Shown in pieces: positions 39,408 through 50,994 of a DNA stretch of 64,000 nt. The notes under the pieces were generated by a model. That model was not told the DNA's origin, ran no database searches, and worked only from the letters and a program-made list of their open reading frames with translations. The stretch is from an uncultured Collinsella sp. GTDB lineage: Bacteria > Actinomycetota > Coriobacteriia > Coriobacteriales > Coriobacteriaceae. Location of the stretch: contig CABMOY010000001.1 of the NCBI GenBank assembly GCA_902388345.1, positions 9,357-73,356 on the forward strand, given 5' to 3'. Position 1 is the first letter of the stretch. Each line of letters opens with the position of its first letter. The position numbers were made by a program, and so were the translations under genes.

Positions 39408-41648
39408 CTAGTCAAACAAACTCGGCATGTCGTTTTCCTTCATGAGGGCACCGGCAGAGGGCAGGCTCTGCGCGGTGAACTTCTCGGCCGAGACGCCGGC
39501 GCCAAGAATCTCCTCGGTCGTGCCGACAGTGGTGACCGAGCGGCCCTTCTTGGCCGTGAAAGCCTGGACGCCCTGCGTGTTGGTGGTCGTCTTGGTCTTG
39601 AGCAGCGACGTGTTGAAGTTCATCAGGCGGTAGTCGCTCGAGACCAGCGCGATGTCGCGATCTTCCTTGAGCACCTGGGCATACAGCAGCTTGCTGCCAC
39701 CATAGATGGCGTTTTTGAGGCGCTTGCGGTTGGTCTTGGTAACGTATCCGGCAAGCGCGACACGCACCACGCGGCCGTTCTCAAAGACGAACAGCACGTC
39801 GGCCTTGTAGTCCTCGGGGTCGATGACCCAGATGACGTTCTCGTCGGGTTCCATCTCAAGATCGGTCGGCAGGTACGAGCCCAGCTGTGCCGACTTGGTG
39901 TCCTCAAACGCCGTGACCTTGCACTTGTACACCTGGCTCTTGTTGGTAAAGACCAGCAGCTCGTGGGTGTTGGAGGACGGGAACTCGATAAAGGGTTTGT
40001 CGCCGTCCTTGTACTTGAGCGTGGTCGCCTTCTTGAGCACGCGGTCCGTCATCTTCTTGAGGTAGCCATCGCGCGAGAGCATGATCGTAACCGGGTACTC
40101 CTCGACCTCGGGCTCCAAGCTTACCTCGATAACCTCATGGGGCTCGATCCTGCCCGTGCGGCGCGGCATCACGTACTTCTTGTTGACCGCGGCCAGCTCG
40201 TCGCTGATGACCTTCTTGATGTTCTCTTCGCTCGAAAGGATCTCCTCAAGCTCGGCAATCTCACCCTCGAGCTTGGCGATGTCCTTGGTGCGGTTGAGGA
40301 TGTACTCCTCGTTGATGTTGCGGAGCTTGAGCTCGGCGACAAACTCGGCCTGGGTCTCGTCGATGTCGAAACCCTTCATAAGGTTGGGTACGACCTCGGC
40401 CTCGAGTTTGGTGCCGCGGATGATGGCGATCGCCTTGTCGATGTCGAGCAGGATCGCCTCAAGGCCGTGCAGCAGGTGCAGGCGCTCGGACTTTTTGCCC
40501 AGGTCAAAGTTAATGCGGCGACGCGTGGACTCAATACGCCACTTGACCCACTCGTGCAGAATCTGGCGCACGCCCATAACACGGGGATAGCCGTCGACGA
40601 GCACGTTGAAGTTGCACGAGAACGAATCCTGCAGCGTGGTCGAGCGATAGAGCTTGGCCATGAGCTTGTCGGGGTCGACACCGCGCTTAAGGTCGATGGC
40701 GATACGCAGACCCGAAAGGTCGGTTTCATCGCGGATGTCTGCGATCTCCTTGACCTTGCCCTCCTTGGAGAGCTTGACGATGCGCTCGATGATGACATCG
40801 GTCTTGGTGGTGTAGGGGATCTCGTAGACCTCGATGATGCGCTCTTCGGGAATCCAGCGCCAGCGGGAGCGAATCTGGAAGCTGCCCAGGCCGGTCTCGA
40901 CGATCTTCTCCATCTCCTCGCGGCGGTAGATAATTTCGCCGCCGGTCGAGAAGTCGGGCATGGGCATGTACTCGAGCAGGTCGCAGTCGGGATCCTGCAG
41001 GTAGTGCATCGTGGCGGTGCAGACCTCGTTGAGGTTGAAACCGCAGATGTCGGACGCCATGGCGACGCCGATGCCCTTGTTGGCCGAGACGAGGATGTTG
41101 GGGAACGTGGTGGGCAGCAGGCGCGGCTCCTTCATGGCGCCGTCGTAGCTGTCGACGAAGTCGACCGGGTCCTTGTCGATGTCCTTGAAGATCTCGGCGC
41201 TGATGGGGGAGAGCTTGGCCTCGGTATAACGAGAGGCGGCGTAGCTCAGGTCGCCCGAATAGTACTTGCCAAAGTTGCCCTTCGACTCCACGAAGGGGGC
41301 AAGCAGCGCTTCGTTACCCGTCGCCAGGCGCACCATCGTCTCGTAGATCGCGGCGTCGCCGTGCGGGTTGAGCTTCATGGTCTGACCCACGATGTTGGCG
41401 CTCTTCTGGCGCTCGCCCTTGAGCAGACCCATCTTGTACATAGTGTAGAGCAGCTTGCGATGCGAGGGCTTAAAGCCATCAATCTCGGGGAATGCGCGCG
41501 AGACGTTGACGCTCATGGCGTAGGGCATGTAGTTGACCTCGAGCGTCTGCGTGATCGGCTGGTCGGTGACCTCGGAGTGCAGGCCGATGACGTTCTCGGC
41601 GTTGACCTGCTTTTTCTTTGGCTGGTTCTTCGTCTTCTTCTTTGCCAC
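39408..41648 (-). CDS. Type II topoisomerase subunit A (ParC/GyrA-like), with a Lys-rich N-terminal tail
   Basis: Catalytic region AMSVNVSRAFPEIDGFKPSHRKLLYTMYKMGL with the active-site Tyr context. 746 aa. Confidence 0.8.
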   Translation of the reverse strand: MAKKKTKNQPKKKQVNAENVIGLHSEVTDQPITQTLEVNYMPYAMSVNVSRAFPEIDGFKPSHRKLLYTMYKMGLLKGERQKSANIVGQTMKLNPHGDAAIYETMVRLATGNEALLAPFVESKGNFGKYYSGDLSYAASRYTEAKLSPISAEIFKDIDKDPVDFVDSYDGAMKEPRLLPTTFPNILVSANKGIGVAMASDICGFNLNEVCTATMHYLQDPDCDLLEYMPMPDFSTGGEIIYRREEMEKIVETGLGSFQIRSRWRWIPEERIIEVYEIPYTTKTDVIIERIVKLSKEGKVKEIADIRDETDLSGLRIAIDLKRGVDPDKLMAKLYRSTTLQDSFSCNFNVLVDGYPRVMGVRQILHEWVKWRIESTRRRINFDLGKKSERLHLLHGLEAILLDIDKAIAIIRGTKLEAEVVPNLMKGFDIDETQAEFVAELKLRNINEEYILNRTKDIAKLEGEIAELEEILSSEENIKKVISDELAAVNKKYVMPRRTGRIEPHEVIEVSLEPEVEEYPVTIMLSRDGYLKKMTDRVLKKATTLKYKDGDKPFIEFPSSNTHELLVFTNKSQVYKCKVTAFEDTKSAQLGSYLPTDLEMEPDENVIWVIDPEDYKADVLFVFENGRVVRVALAGYVTKTNRKRLKNAIYGGSKLLYAQVLKEDRDIALVSSDYRLMNFNTSLLKTKTTTNTQGVQAFTAKKGRSVTTVGTTEEILGAGVSAEKFTAQSLPSAGALMKENDMPSLFD

Positions 41649-41693
41649 GATTTCCTCTTGAACTTCTTATAGGCCGTCGTTATCGATTTGCTG

Positions 41694-43691
41694 CTACTGC
41701 AGGTCCAGCTGGTCCAGGTATTCCTTGCCGTGCTCGGAGATATGGCGCTTGCGGCCCGCCTCGTCGTTGCCCAGCAAAAGGTTGAACATGGTTTCCATCT
41801 TGGTGACGTCCTCGGGCTCCACCTTGATCAGGCGGCGCGTCTCGGGATTCATAGTGGTGAGCCACATCATGTCCGGGTCGTTCTCACCAAGACCCTTGGA
41901 GCGGTTGATGGAGCACTTTTGGTCGCCGACTTCTTTGAGGATGCCGTTCTTCTCGAGCTCGGTGTAGGCAAAGTAGGTCTTCTCTTTGCAGTTGATCTCG
42001 TAGAGCGGCGACTCGGCGATATACACGTAGCCTTCGTCGATAAGCGTGGGCACCAGGCGATAGAGCATGGTGAGCACGAGCGTGCGGATGTGATAGCCGT
42101 CGACGTCGGCGTCTGTACAGATGATGACCTTGTTCCAGTTGAGGTTGTCCAGGTCGAAGGCACCGAGGTTCTTGATCCGCTTGTCCTTGATCTCCACGCC
42201 GCAGCCCAGCACGCGCATAAGGTCCATGATGATGTCGGACTTAAAGATGCGCGGATAATCCTCCTTTAGGCAGTTGAGGATTTTGCCTCGGACGGGCATA
42301 ACGCCCTGGAACTCGGCATCGCGCGAGGTACGAATGGCGCCTGCTGCCGAGTCGCCCTCTACGATGTAGATCTCGCGGCGGCTCTTGTCCTTGGAGCGGC
42401 AGTCGATGAACTTCTGCACGCGGTTGGCCATGTCGGTCTTCTGCTGCAGGTTGGTTTTGATGCTCTGGCGCGTCTTTTCGGCGTTCTCGCGCGAACGCTT
42501 ATTGATGAGCACCTGCTCCATGATCTTGTTGGCGGCATCTTTGTTCTCGATCAAGTAGGTCGAGAGGCGCTCCTTAAAGAATGCCGTCATGGCCTGCTGG
42601 ATAAAGCGGTTATTGATGGCCTTTTTGGTCTGGTTCTCGTAGGACGTCTGGGTGGAGAAGCAGTTGGTCACCAGTACCAGGCAGTCCTGGACGTCTTGCC
42701 ACTTAATGCCAGTCTCGTTTTTGTTGTACTTGCCCTGTTGCTTAATGTAGGCATCGATGGCGCTGGTCAGAGCGCTGCGGGCGGCCTTCTCGGGCGAGCC
42801 GCCGTTCTCGAGCCACGATGAGTTGTGGTAGTACTCCTGCATCGTAAGGGTGCGCGAGAAGCACATGCACGCGGTGATCTTTACGTTGTAATCGGGCAGG
42901 TCCTCGCGATCGCGACCGCGACGGTCGGCCTCGATAAAGAAGGGCTCGGTAAGGTAGTCGGCACCGACCTTCTCGAGCACGTAGTCCTCGATGCCCTTGG
43001 GGTAGCAAAAATCCTCTTCGGAAAACTCGCCGTCGTCGCCTTCGATGCGCAGACGGAAGGTCACGTTGGCGTTGACCACGGCCTGGCGGCGCATGGTCTC
43101 GCGATACCAGTCGTGGGGAATGCTGATCGAGGTAAAGACCTCAAGATCGGGGCGCCACTTGATGGTGGTGCCGGTGCGGTTCTCATCGCTGGGCTCAATC
43201 TCGAGCGCCTTCTTTTTGGTGCCGACGACCTTGCCCTTCTTAAAGTGCAGGGAGTACTTGTTGCCGTCGCGCCAGACGGTGACGTCCATGTACTCGGAAG
43301 CGTACTGGGTCGCGCACGAGCCCAGGCCGTTGGTGCCGAGCGAGAAGTCGTAGTCGCCGCCCTGGTTGTTGTTGTACTTGCCGCCGGCGTAGAGCTCGCA
43401 GAAGACGAGCTCCCAGTTAAAGCGCTTCTCGGAAGGGTTCCAGTCGAGCGGGCAGCCACGGCCATTGTCCTCTACCTGAATAGAGCCATCGCGAAAGGCG
43501 GTGAGGGTGATGAGCTTGCCGTAGCCCTGGCGCGCCTCGTCAACGGCGTTGGACAGGATCTCGAAGGCGGCATGCGCGCAACCGTCGAGTCCGTCCGAGC
43601 CAAAGATGACGGCGGGGCGCAGGCGTACGCGCTCCTCGTCCTTGAGCTGGCGGATACTGTCGTTACCATAGTTTGCGGTGTTTTTTGCCAT
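41694..43691 (-). CDS. Type II topoisomerase subunit B (ParE/GyrB-like ATPase)
   Basis: GHKL ATPase motifs (ILSNAVDEA, DNGRGCP). TOPRIM region (EGDSAAG). Start at MAKNTANYG (about 43691). Confidence 0.8.
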   Translation of the reverse strand: MAKNTANYGNDSIRQLKDEERVRLRPAVIFGSDGLDGCAHAAFEILSNAVDEARQGYGKLITLTAFRDGSIQVEDNGRGCPLDWNPSEKRFNWELVFCELYAGGKYNNNQGGDYDFSLGTNGLGSCATQYASEYMDVTVWRDGNKYSLHFKKGKVVGTKKKALEIEPSDENRTGTTIKWRPDLEVFTSISIPHDWYRETMRRQAVVNANVTFRLRIEGDDGEFSEEDFCYPKGIEDYVLEKVGADYLTEPFFIEADRRGRDREDLPDYNVKITACMCFSRTLTMQEYYHNSSWLENGGSPEKAARSALTSAIDAYIKQQGKYNKNETGIKWQDVQDCLVLVTNCFSTQTSYENQTKKAINNRFIQQAMTAFFKERLSTYLIENKDAANKIMEQVLINKRSRENAEKTRQSIKTNLQQKTDMANRVQKFIDCRSKDKSRREIYIVEGDSAAGAIRTSRDAEFQGVMPVRGKILNCLKEDYPRIFKSDIIMDLMRVLGCGVEIKDKRIKNLGAFDLDNLNWNKVIICTDADVDGYHIRTLVLTMLYRLVPTLIDEGYVYIAESPLYEINCKEKTYFAYTELEKNGILKEVGDQKCSINRSKGLGENDPDMMWLTTMNPETRRLIKVEPEDVTKMETMFNLLLGNDEAGRKRHISEHGKEYLDQLDLQ

Positions 43692-44059
43692 ACTCGCTCT
43701 CTCGGTGCTCCTTTGCTGCGTTTTAGTCATATAGATAGTCAAGGTAGCATAGCCCAGGCCTTGGGCGATTCCAACCAACACGAATTCCATCGAACAATCG
43801 TTCGGATTAACGGGTAAAACGTGTCGTGCGGATTGTTGTTCCGAATCGAACATTGGGACAAGCGTCTCGTTTTATGGGCCACGGGCGTGCGTGTGCGAGT
43901 CCCTTTGGCCCATAAGGAACGCTGGCGGGTCGTTATTTGGGCCGTGGGTCACTTCGCCGGCGTCGTGTTTCGTCATACGCTCATAGTGGAAGCCGATGCC
44001 ACGGGGTCGACTTGGGACTCGGGCAACGGATGAGCTGCAAGCCGAAAGGAGCGGTGAGG

Positions 44060-45076
44060 ATGATGAAGCCCATGACGAAGAAGCTGCTGTTAGGAATTCC
44101 CACCGTGACGCTTTCGGCCGTGCTGGCATGTACGGTGGCCGGCTGCGGCGGTAATGCGCCGAGTGGCTCGGGCGGGAGCGCACCTGTGCAGGAGAAGGCC
44201 GAGAAGCCCAAGGCCTATGAGTCGCAGACGGTCGAGGTGGCAGGCATTACCTATGAGTCGGTGGCTCACGGTACGTTCTATCGCGGTGATGCCAAGAAGC
44301 AGGACGGCTTTTACCTGCACATCAAGATTACCAACAACAACACAAAGAACAGGACGTTCAGTTCCTTTAACGTGCATGCTGCCCAGGGCGATCTTGAGGC
44401 AGGCGACCCGTTGTTTACTTCCGGCAAGGCGGCCGTGCTCGACTACGTTGCAAGTGAGGCTCCCGATGAGCTTCACGAGGGCATCGATCTTTCCAAGAGG
44501 CCAGATATCGGCCCGGGCGAGACCGTTGAGTACGTGTATTTCTGGGCGCCCAAGACGGCGTACTACGGGCCCATCACTGTCGAGTTCGTAGACGCTTACG
44601 CCCCCGCCAAGAATCATGAGGCCATGCACTTTGACACCACGGGATGCGAGACCAAGGAGTTCAAGGCGGCCGGCGGCGTGGCCGATTCTGGCGAGAAGGC
44701 AGATTTAACGGGCATCGACTGCGCATCGTACAGCATCGAGGCCGCCGATGGGTACACGCTGGATTCGTCCGACGAAGAGCACGAAAAGGCAAACTTCTTC
44801 CACGACGAGACTGGAGGACGCCTGAACATCAGCATCTTCCTACGCTCGCCGGAGGAAGAGGTTGCAAGCCTAGAGCAGGTCTACGAAGGTAAGGAGACAA
44901 CAACCGACCAGGTCGAGTACAACGGCATAACGTGGCTGCGCTTTACCGGTCCCGACAACGGCCATACACTGTTTGCGACGGCTCCCGCAACGGGTGAAAC
45001 CGTCCGCGTGTCGATTGGCTGGAAGATCGATTGGGACGCCGCCGTGCCCATGATGGAGGCGCTGAAGCTCAAGTAA
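44060..45076 (+). CDS. Lipoprotein, DUF4352-like
   Basis: Signal peptide with VAGC lipobox. RBS AGGAGCGGTGAGG. Two repeats of a beta-rich domain. Confidence 0.55.
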   Translation: MMKPMTKKLLLGIPTVTLSAVLACTVAGCGGNAPSGSGGSAPVQEKAEKPKAYESQTVEVAGITYESVAHGTFYRGDAKKQDGFYLHIKITNNNTKNRTFSSFNVHAAQGDLEAGDPLFTSGKAAVLDYVASEAPDELHEGIDLSKRPDIGPGETVEYVYFWAPKTAYYGPITVEFVDAYAPAKNHEAMHFDTTGCETKEFKAAGGVADSGEKADLTGIDCASYSIEAADGYTLDSSDEEHEKANFFHDETGGRLNISIFLRSPEEEVASLEQVYEGKETTTDQVEYNGITWLRFTGPDNGHTLFATAPATGETVRVSIGWKIDWDAAVPMMEALKLK

Positions 45077-45211
45077 CGCCGCGATTCTTACGTCAGGCGA
45101 CTCAGGGCTGGCTCCGAGTTATCGGGGCCAGTCCTTTTTGGTGCTCGATGAGCCGAGCCGGCGTCTCTCACAAAAATAACTAGGAGCTAGCGAGACTTAT
45201 CCGAATTGACC

Positions 45212-48200
45212 TCATTGGCGGTGTCTTTTTCGAGCGCCGTGCGGCGGGCCCGCGCCTGCCGCGGCGAGTGCTGCAGCGGCTGCTGTAAGGGGAGCGTTGA
45301 CATCGCCCGTGCCCGCAAGCGCGCCCGCTTTTCCGGAGCGCTTGTTATTGCCGTGGTTCTTGCCGCTGCCGGAGCTGCTTCCGCCGGAGCCGCCGCCCTC
45401 GTCAGTACCGCTGCCACTCGAGCCACCATCGCCGTCTGCTGTCATCGGGGCGTCGTGAAGTCCTGTCGTATCCGCGCTGTCGCATACGCCGACCTGCACT
45501 TCTGAGCGTTCGCATGCCGCGTCGGGCACATGAAGCTCGTGCAGAACGGCACTCAGCGCCGAGTTTGCGCCCGGTCGGATCTCCTCGAGCGTTACGGGAT
45601 CGAGCGCCACCAGATTACGCGCCTTCGCATACAGCGTGACGCGTTTGCCCACTTCGTCGCTCCAACTCTCGGGGATGGCGAAGCTCATGCGGAACTGTGC
45701 CGTGCAACCCGGTGCCAGCACGGCGTTGCCGTTGTCGGCTACCAGCGGGTGCGTTGCAAAACGTGCGCCCAGCGTCTCGAGCGCGTACTTTACGTGTGTC
45801 ATGTCGTTGGCCGAAGCGTCTTCGGCAAGCTCTGGATCGTAGATCGAAGCCATGCGTGCGTTCGCTCCGAATCCGATGGATGCGCTGGAGAACGGCTGGC
45901 TGGAGCCCTCTCGGTACAGATCGATTGTGCCGGCAGTCAGCAAAGTGTTGCCGTCGTTTCGCACCGTGACCATGAAGGATTCGCCTGCTGCTCCGGGCAC
46001 CACCGCGCCCGAGGTAGCGACCGCGCCCGTCGGAGTGGCACACGCCACCAGAGGCACTTCGATGCCGTGCAGCTCTGCCTCGCTCTTCTCCGCGCTCACA
46101 ATGTGCGTGGCGAGCGCGGAGAGCATGCCTCCCGACGTCAAAAATGTCGTTATCTGATCGACGGGATGGTCCAGCTCGCACATCACGAACGGCTCCGTGA
46201 ACAGATCGCCTGCCAAGGTGCTGGCGAAGATGCGGAAGTGCTTGCCCATCACTGCTACCGGGTTGCCTTCTTCGTCGTAGGTTTGCCCCACCTTGCCATC
46301 GGTGTTCTCTACATAGAGCGCGCACCTGCCGTTGTTGCTTACGCTAAACGATGCCGGGCCACAGCCTGCGGCACCCACGGGCTGCGTTGCAAATGCCGAT
46401 GCGCCTCGCGTCCAAGTAATATGCTGCAGCTGCTCGTTGACGGTGGCCAAAAAGCCCGAATGTTGTGGCCACGGCACCGCATGGGGCACCGTGGCGTCTG
46501 GTGGCATAACGCCCCAGCCCGCAATGGACTGGCCGATCACGGCGTACGATGCGCAGCCGCAACCGTCTGCGGTCTCGTACGCAACGGGCACCACCATTTT
46601 GCCGTTGATATTCTCGGGCTCGCTCAGCTCGATACTCGACGGTGCCTGCGGAAAGCGAAGAACTTGGCGGAACGTCAGGCTGTCGCCCAAATCATCCGAC
46701 CACAGGGTAAAGCATTCCAGCGCAACCTCGGCCTCGCTGCCGAGCGCCTTCTCTGCGGTGGTTCCGCGGCGGTGGAGGTAGGCACCCGACAGGCGTCCGT
46801 CGACCAGCGTCTTGCCTGCCGTGATGCGCGGGCACTGCAGGCAATGGTAGCCATCCTCTTGCAGGCGGCCGCGCGAGATGCTGCGCCATGACGTATGCGA
46901 CACCACGCGGATCTCGTCATTACTTATGCGCAGGCGCACAACGGACAGTATGCCGGCTGTGCTTGCCGTATCGAAAAGGGTGTTGTCGCCGGCGGGGCGC
47001 TCGCCCGAGACCAGCAGCACGTAGGCGTCCTGGTTTCCTCTTCCGTCCGTATATTCCACCACGTCGAAGTCGTAATCGAATATGCCGTCGCGCTCCACGT
47101 CGCCCTCGCCAAACCCAAGGGGAAAGTCCACGGGCGTGGGAGCGGACCACGTGCCGTTTGCCTTTGTGTGCACCACCAGGCGCGAGCGGCCATTGTCGCC
47201 GTAGCGCACCGAGGCGATACGGAACAGGCATTCTACGCCGGCAATCATCGTTAGCTTCATGTGGGCTTCGCTGAGCACGCCGGAAAACAGCACGTTGTCG
47301 CTCGAGGGTTTTATGCCGCCACGCTCGTCCTCCGACACGCCGGCAGAATTGGCGTTCGGGTCCGCAACGGCGTTCGTTGACTGACCGATGTAGGTGTACT
47401 CATACATCGGCGCGGCGTTTTCGTCGTTTTCCATCAGTGCGTGGACGAAATGCTCAACCTGTCCCGTGTCGTCGCTTTCTGCATCCGCCTCGAGCTCAAT
47501 GCGCGTGACCGCTTGATCCCAATCGCGCACGACAGGCGCGACGTTTATCGCGGCGGCTGCAACCTCGGCGCGTGCGAGCAGCTCGGAATTGGTGACGATG
47601 GTGGCCGACGCGATAAACTGCGGCACACCACCTGCCTCGGTGTTGCCGGGCGTGCCGAAGCAGGCATCCAGCGTGTAAGGCGTATCTCCACCCAATGCCA
47701 GCTCAGAGCGTTGGGGCACATACCGGTCGTCATTGTTCACCGACATATTCCACGAATCGATGAGTGTGGGCCACGACCCCGACCAAGCCTTGGTGGTCCA
47801 CTTGAACATTACGAACTGGAGTATCACATCGACATCGACGTCTGCACCCACGCGCAGCCGCGGAAGCTGGTGTCCATCTGCCTTCTCGTACCCAATGAAC
47901 AGCGTGAGGGATGCGGCACCGCGCACGGCAGACGAAGCGACGCCTGCAACGCCGGCTCCAAAGGTGACGGCAAGTCCGATCTGGATGGTGAACGAGCCCG
48001 ACGTGTTGGAATAGTCGAGCGAAATGTTCTTGAAAAACGCCGCGCCGCTGCCGTGCGTGTGGGCACCCACAGCGAGCGCCAGCTTCGCCAGCACCCAAGG
48101 GTTGACGTTTAGGAAAAATGGCACCGGTCCTAGGGTAAACTGCTCGGTCCAATTGAGGTCAGTTCTTACCTGGAAGAGGGCCTTAATATTGCCGTATGCA

Positions 48201-49536
48201 GGGTCGTTGTTGTTACCCCAGGTTTTGCCCACCCAATCGTAGGCGAGCGAGCCGTACAGCTGTGTGGCGATATCCATCGTGAACAGCGGCGTGCAATGGT
48301 GGCGAAGGAGCTTGGTGTTTCTTGGATCGGTGCCCGAACCGGCACTCATACTCTTGTACTGATTCCACTTCCCCTCCATCTCGTCGAGGTAGCGGTTTGC
48401 CTGCTTGGCGCCCGACTCACGCGGCGATTTCTTCCAGTATTCCGGATCAGGGTTGCCCGAATCGTTCATATAGCTGGCTGGTTTGTATCCTCCGCCAAAC
48501 AGTACGTACCCGGCAAACGAGAAATCGAACAGAATGGGGAACGAGGGCATCCAGCACGTGAACTTATTACCACCGATGCCGGGAAACGATGCGGGGAAAT
48601 CAAACGGAGTGATCTCTTGGTCCATAGTGGTGGGGACGATAGTGGTCGATCCGGATTCCGCCTTTGCCGCCGGCGCGGTAACAACGGCCATGGGGGAGGA
48701 GAGCGTGTAGGTTTTGTCCTGGTAGTCGAGGACAAAGCGCAGCTTGCATCCTTCTTCCAGAAGGCTCGACGCTGCATCGAGGAACTTGTCTTCGAGTGTG
48801 AACGTCGCCAGATTATCCGCGCTCGATGCGCTGGCCTTGATCTGACCAATCTGCGTGACGGTTTCGGTTGAGCTGCCCGCAGCGGGCATCACTTTATTGA
48901 TATGCAATGTTGCCTGCCCGCCCTGCGGCAGATGAGCCTGCACGGTAAATGCGTGCGTATCGGGCTGCTCGTTTGCCGTGTCGTCCTTCGGCAATGCCAT
49001 GAACGTGGCTTCAGCGTACTGGATGTCCCATTCGTCGAATGTGAGCTGGCGGAAGTACGGCTCGCCGTCGGAAAGCGGACGCGTGGGCGCGGTTATGGCG
49101 GTGCCGCCCTGGATACGCGCAAGGGGAATCTCGACATCGCGGTAGCCCGCCATGCTAATGGAGATGCCGCCGTTAAAGTCGTACGCGTCAAGGAGCTTTG
49201 CCTCGTCTACGTAGCCTTCCGAAAGCGAGGCAATCTCAAAGATGGCGGTGCCTTCGTCATCGGTCGTGGCGGCGAGCTGCTTGCCTGCGGCGTAGCGCGA
49301 CGTGAGCGTGACCTGCGCTCCCTTGATGGGCATATTCTTGTTGGCGACGTCGACCACGACCACACCAAACATGGTGCGCGAGAGAACGAGCACCCTGAAG
49401 GGGTCTTTTTCGTCGGCATAGGCCGCGGTGGGCGCGAACGGCAGCAGGAAGGCATTTTCGCTTCCCGGCACGCGAGGCAACATGATGCTCGCTAGTGAGG
49501 ACGCTCCGGCAACAAGTAACGAACGGCGATCAAGCA
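45212..49536 (-). CDS. Giant (about 1441 aa) cell-wall-anchored surface protein: Tat/Sec-type signal, C-terminal LAGTG (LAXTG, class E sortase) sorting signal
   Basis: N-terminal MLDRRSLLVAGASSLASIMLP. C-terminal ...ALAGTGDVNAPLTAAAAALAAAGAG (hydrophobic) then PPHGARKRHRQ (cationic tail). Gly/Ser-rich linker before the anchor. Confidence 0.7.
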
Positions 49537-49692
49537 TCTTGGGCTCCCATCCCGCAAATATCGGTGGAAATAATCCAATTTTGCGAGAAGACGCTTCGTG
49601 GCGGTAGTGCCGTTCAAGGGTCAAAATGTCCAAATTGATCGAGCGAAGCGCCGGGTTCCGGAACGCGTTCGATGCGCTTGGCAGCCCGGTCG

Positions 49693-50668
49693 CTAACGCA
49701 ACATGTGCGCGACCAGCTCGGCGCGTGTGCCGATGCCAAGCTTTGCGTATACGCCGGATAGGCGGTTTTTGACGGTGCCCGGCGATACTCCCATATGGCG
49801 TGCGATTTCAGCGTTGGTCCATCCGCGGCAGGCGAGCATGGCCATGGTGAACTCTGTGGTCGTTAAATCGTCGGCAACGTCCTCGCCCGAATCGGGGTTG
49901 TGGATGCGCCGCCAGCCGTAGCTGAAGCGGTACGTGATCTCGATGATGCGTGCGAAGTCGTCAGGGTATTGCGTTTTTAGGCATGCCTCGATGAGCCCCT
50001 GCAAAAGGCCGTGGTGCTCGCCAATGAGCTCGATAAGGCCGTCGGGGCGCGCAATGTCCCAAGCGGCTCCAAAATGCGCTTTTGCGGCGTCGATGTCCTT
50101 GAGGCTCATGCATGCCATGGAAGCTGCCAGGTGCAGGAACAGTTCCGAGATGGGATAGCTTCCCTGTTTCATAATTAGGGCGTTTTCCGCCATGCCCAGG
50201 CTGCGGCCGTATTCGCCGCGCAGATACAAGGCGTGCGCCATCACGTAGCTGGCGAACAGTCGCAGGCCTTCGGGTAGGTGCGCCGCAAGTGGATAAAACT
50301 CTTCGGCAGAATACGGGGAAGGCAAGTGCAGCAGGACGCTCGCGGCCGAGGCGAACAGGATATGCGTGGCGTGGACGGCGGGCGATTCCTCGTCGGCCGG
50401 CGTATCGAGGATGCCCGCAAGGCACCGGCGGGCGTCGGCGATACGGTTGAGCGACAGACTGGCGTATCCGCAGATAAAGCATGCGGAATAGCGCAGCGCG
50501 GGATCGGTGACGTCAAGATAGGGGTGCGCCGTCTTGGCGGCGAGTGCGGCCTGTCCGCGAAAGTACAGCGCTTCTGCCGTGGCGATGGCGCGTGAATCGG
50601 GGTCGGAAATGCCTGCAACCGCAGCGTCAATCTGCCCCGGCACAAAGGCGGTGCACATCAACGGCATG
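49693..50668 (-). CDS. LuxR-family transcriptional regulator (helical TPR-like N-terminal domain plus C-terminal LuxR HTH)
   Basis: C-terminal EFTMAMLACRGWTNAEIARHMGVSPGTVKNRLSGVYAKLG. The ORF-track extension to 52164 overlaps the opposite-strand guaA paralog and is not coding. Confidence 0.7.
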
Positions 50669-50994
50669 GGAACGCATGGGTAGCCATCGCAGTCCATCTT
50701 CCATCTCCCAACAGCTGGCAACACTAGCAGCAATTGTACTCTTGTTGCTCGGGACTGGAATTTGTGGGTATCGCCTACGATTGTGCCGAACGTATAAAGG
50801 AAGAGTCTATTGGCGATGCTCCCAAGGTGGCTACCGAAGTCTAGCTGACCTTGGGATATAGAAAAACTGCCGCCCCTGCAAAAAGCTCTGTCGCAGCGAT
50901 GGGAAACGTATCTCGTTCTGCATATAATGAGGTCATATGACGGTGCGTCTGCATACGCGCGGCGCATTTCCATCGAACCGAGAAGGAGCTCTGC

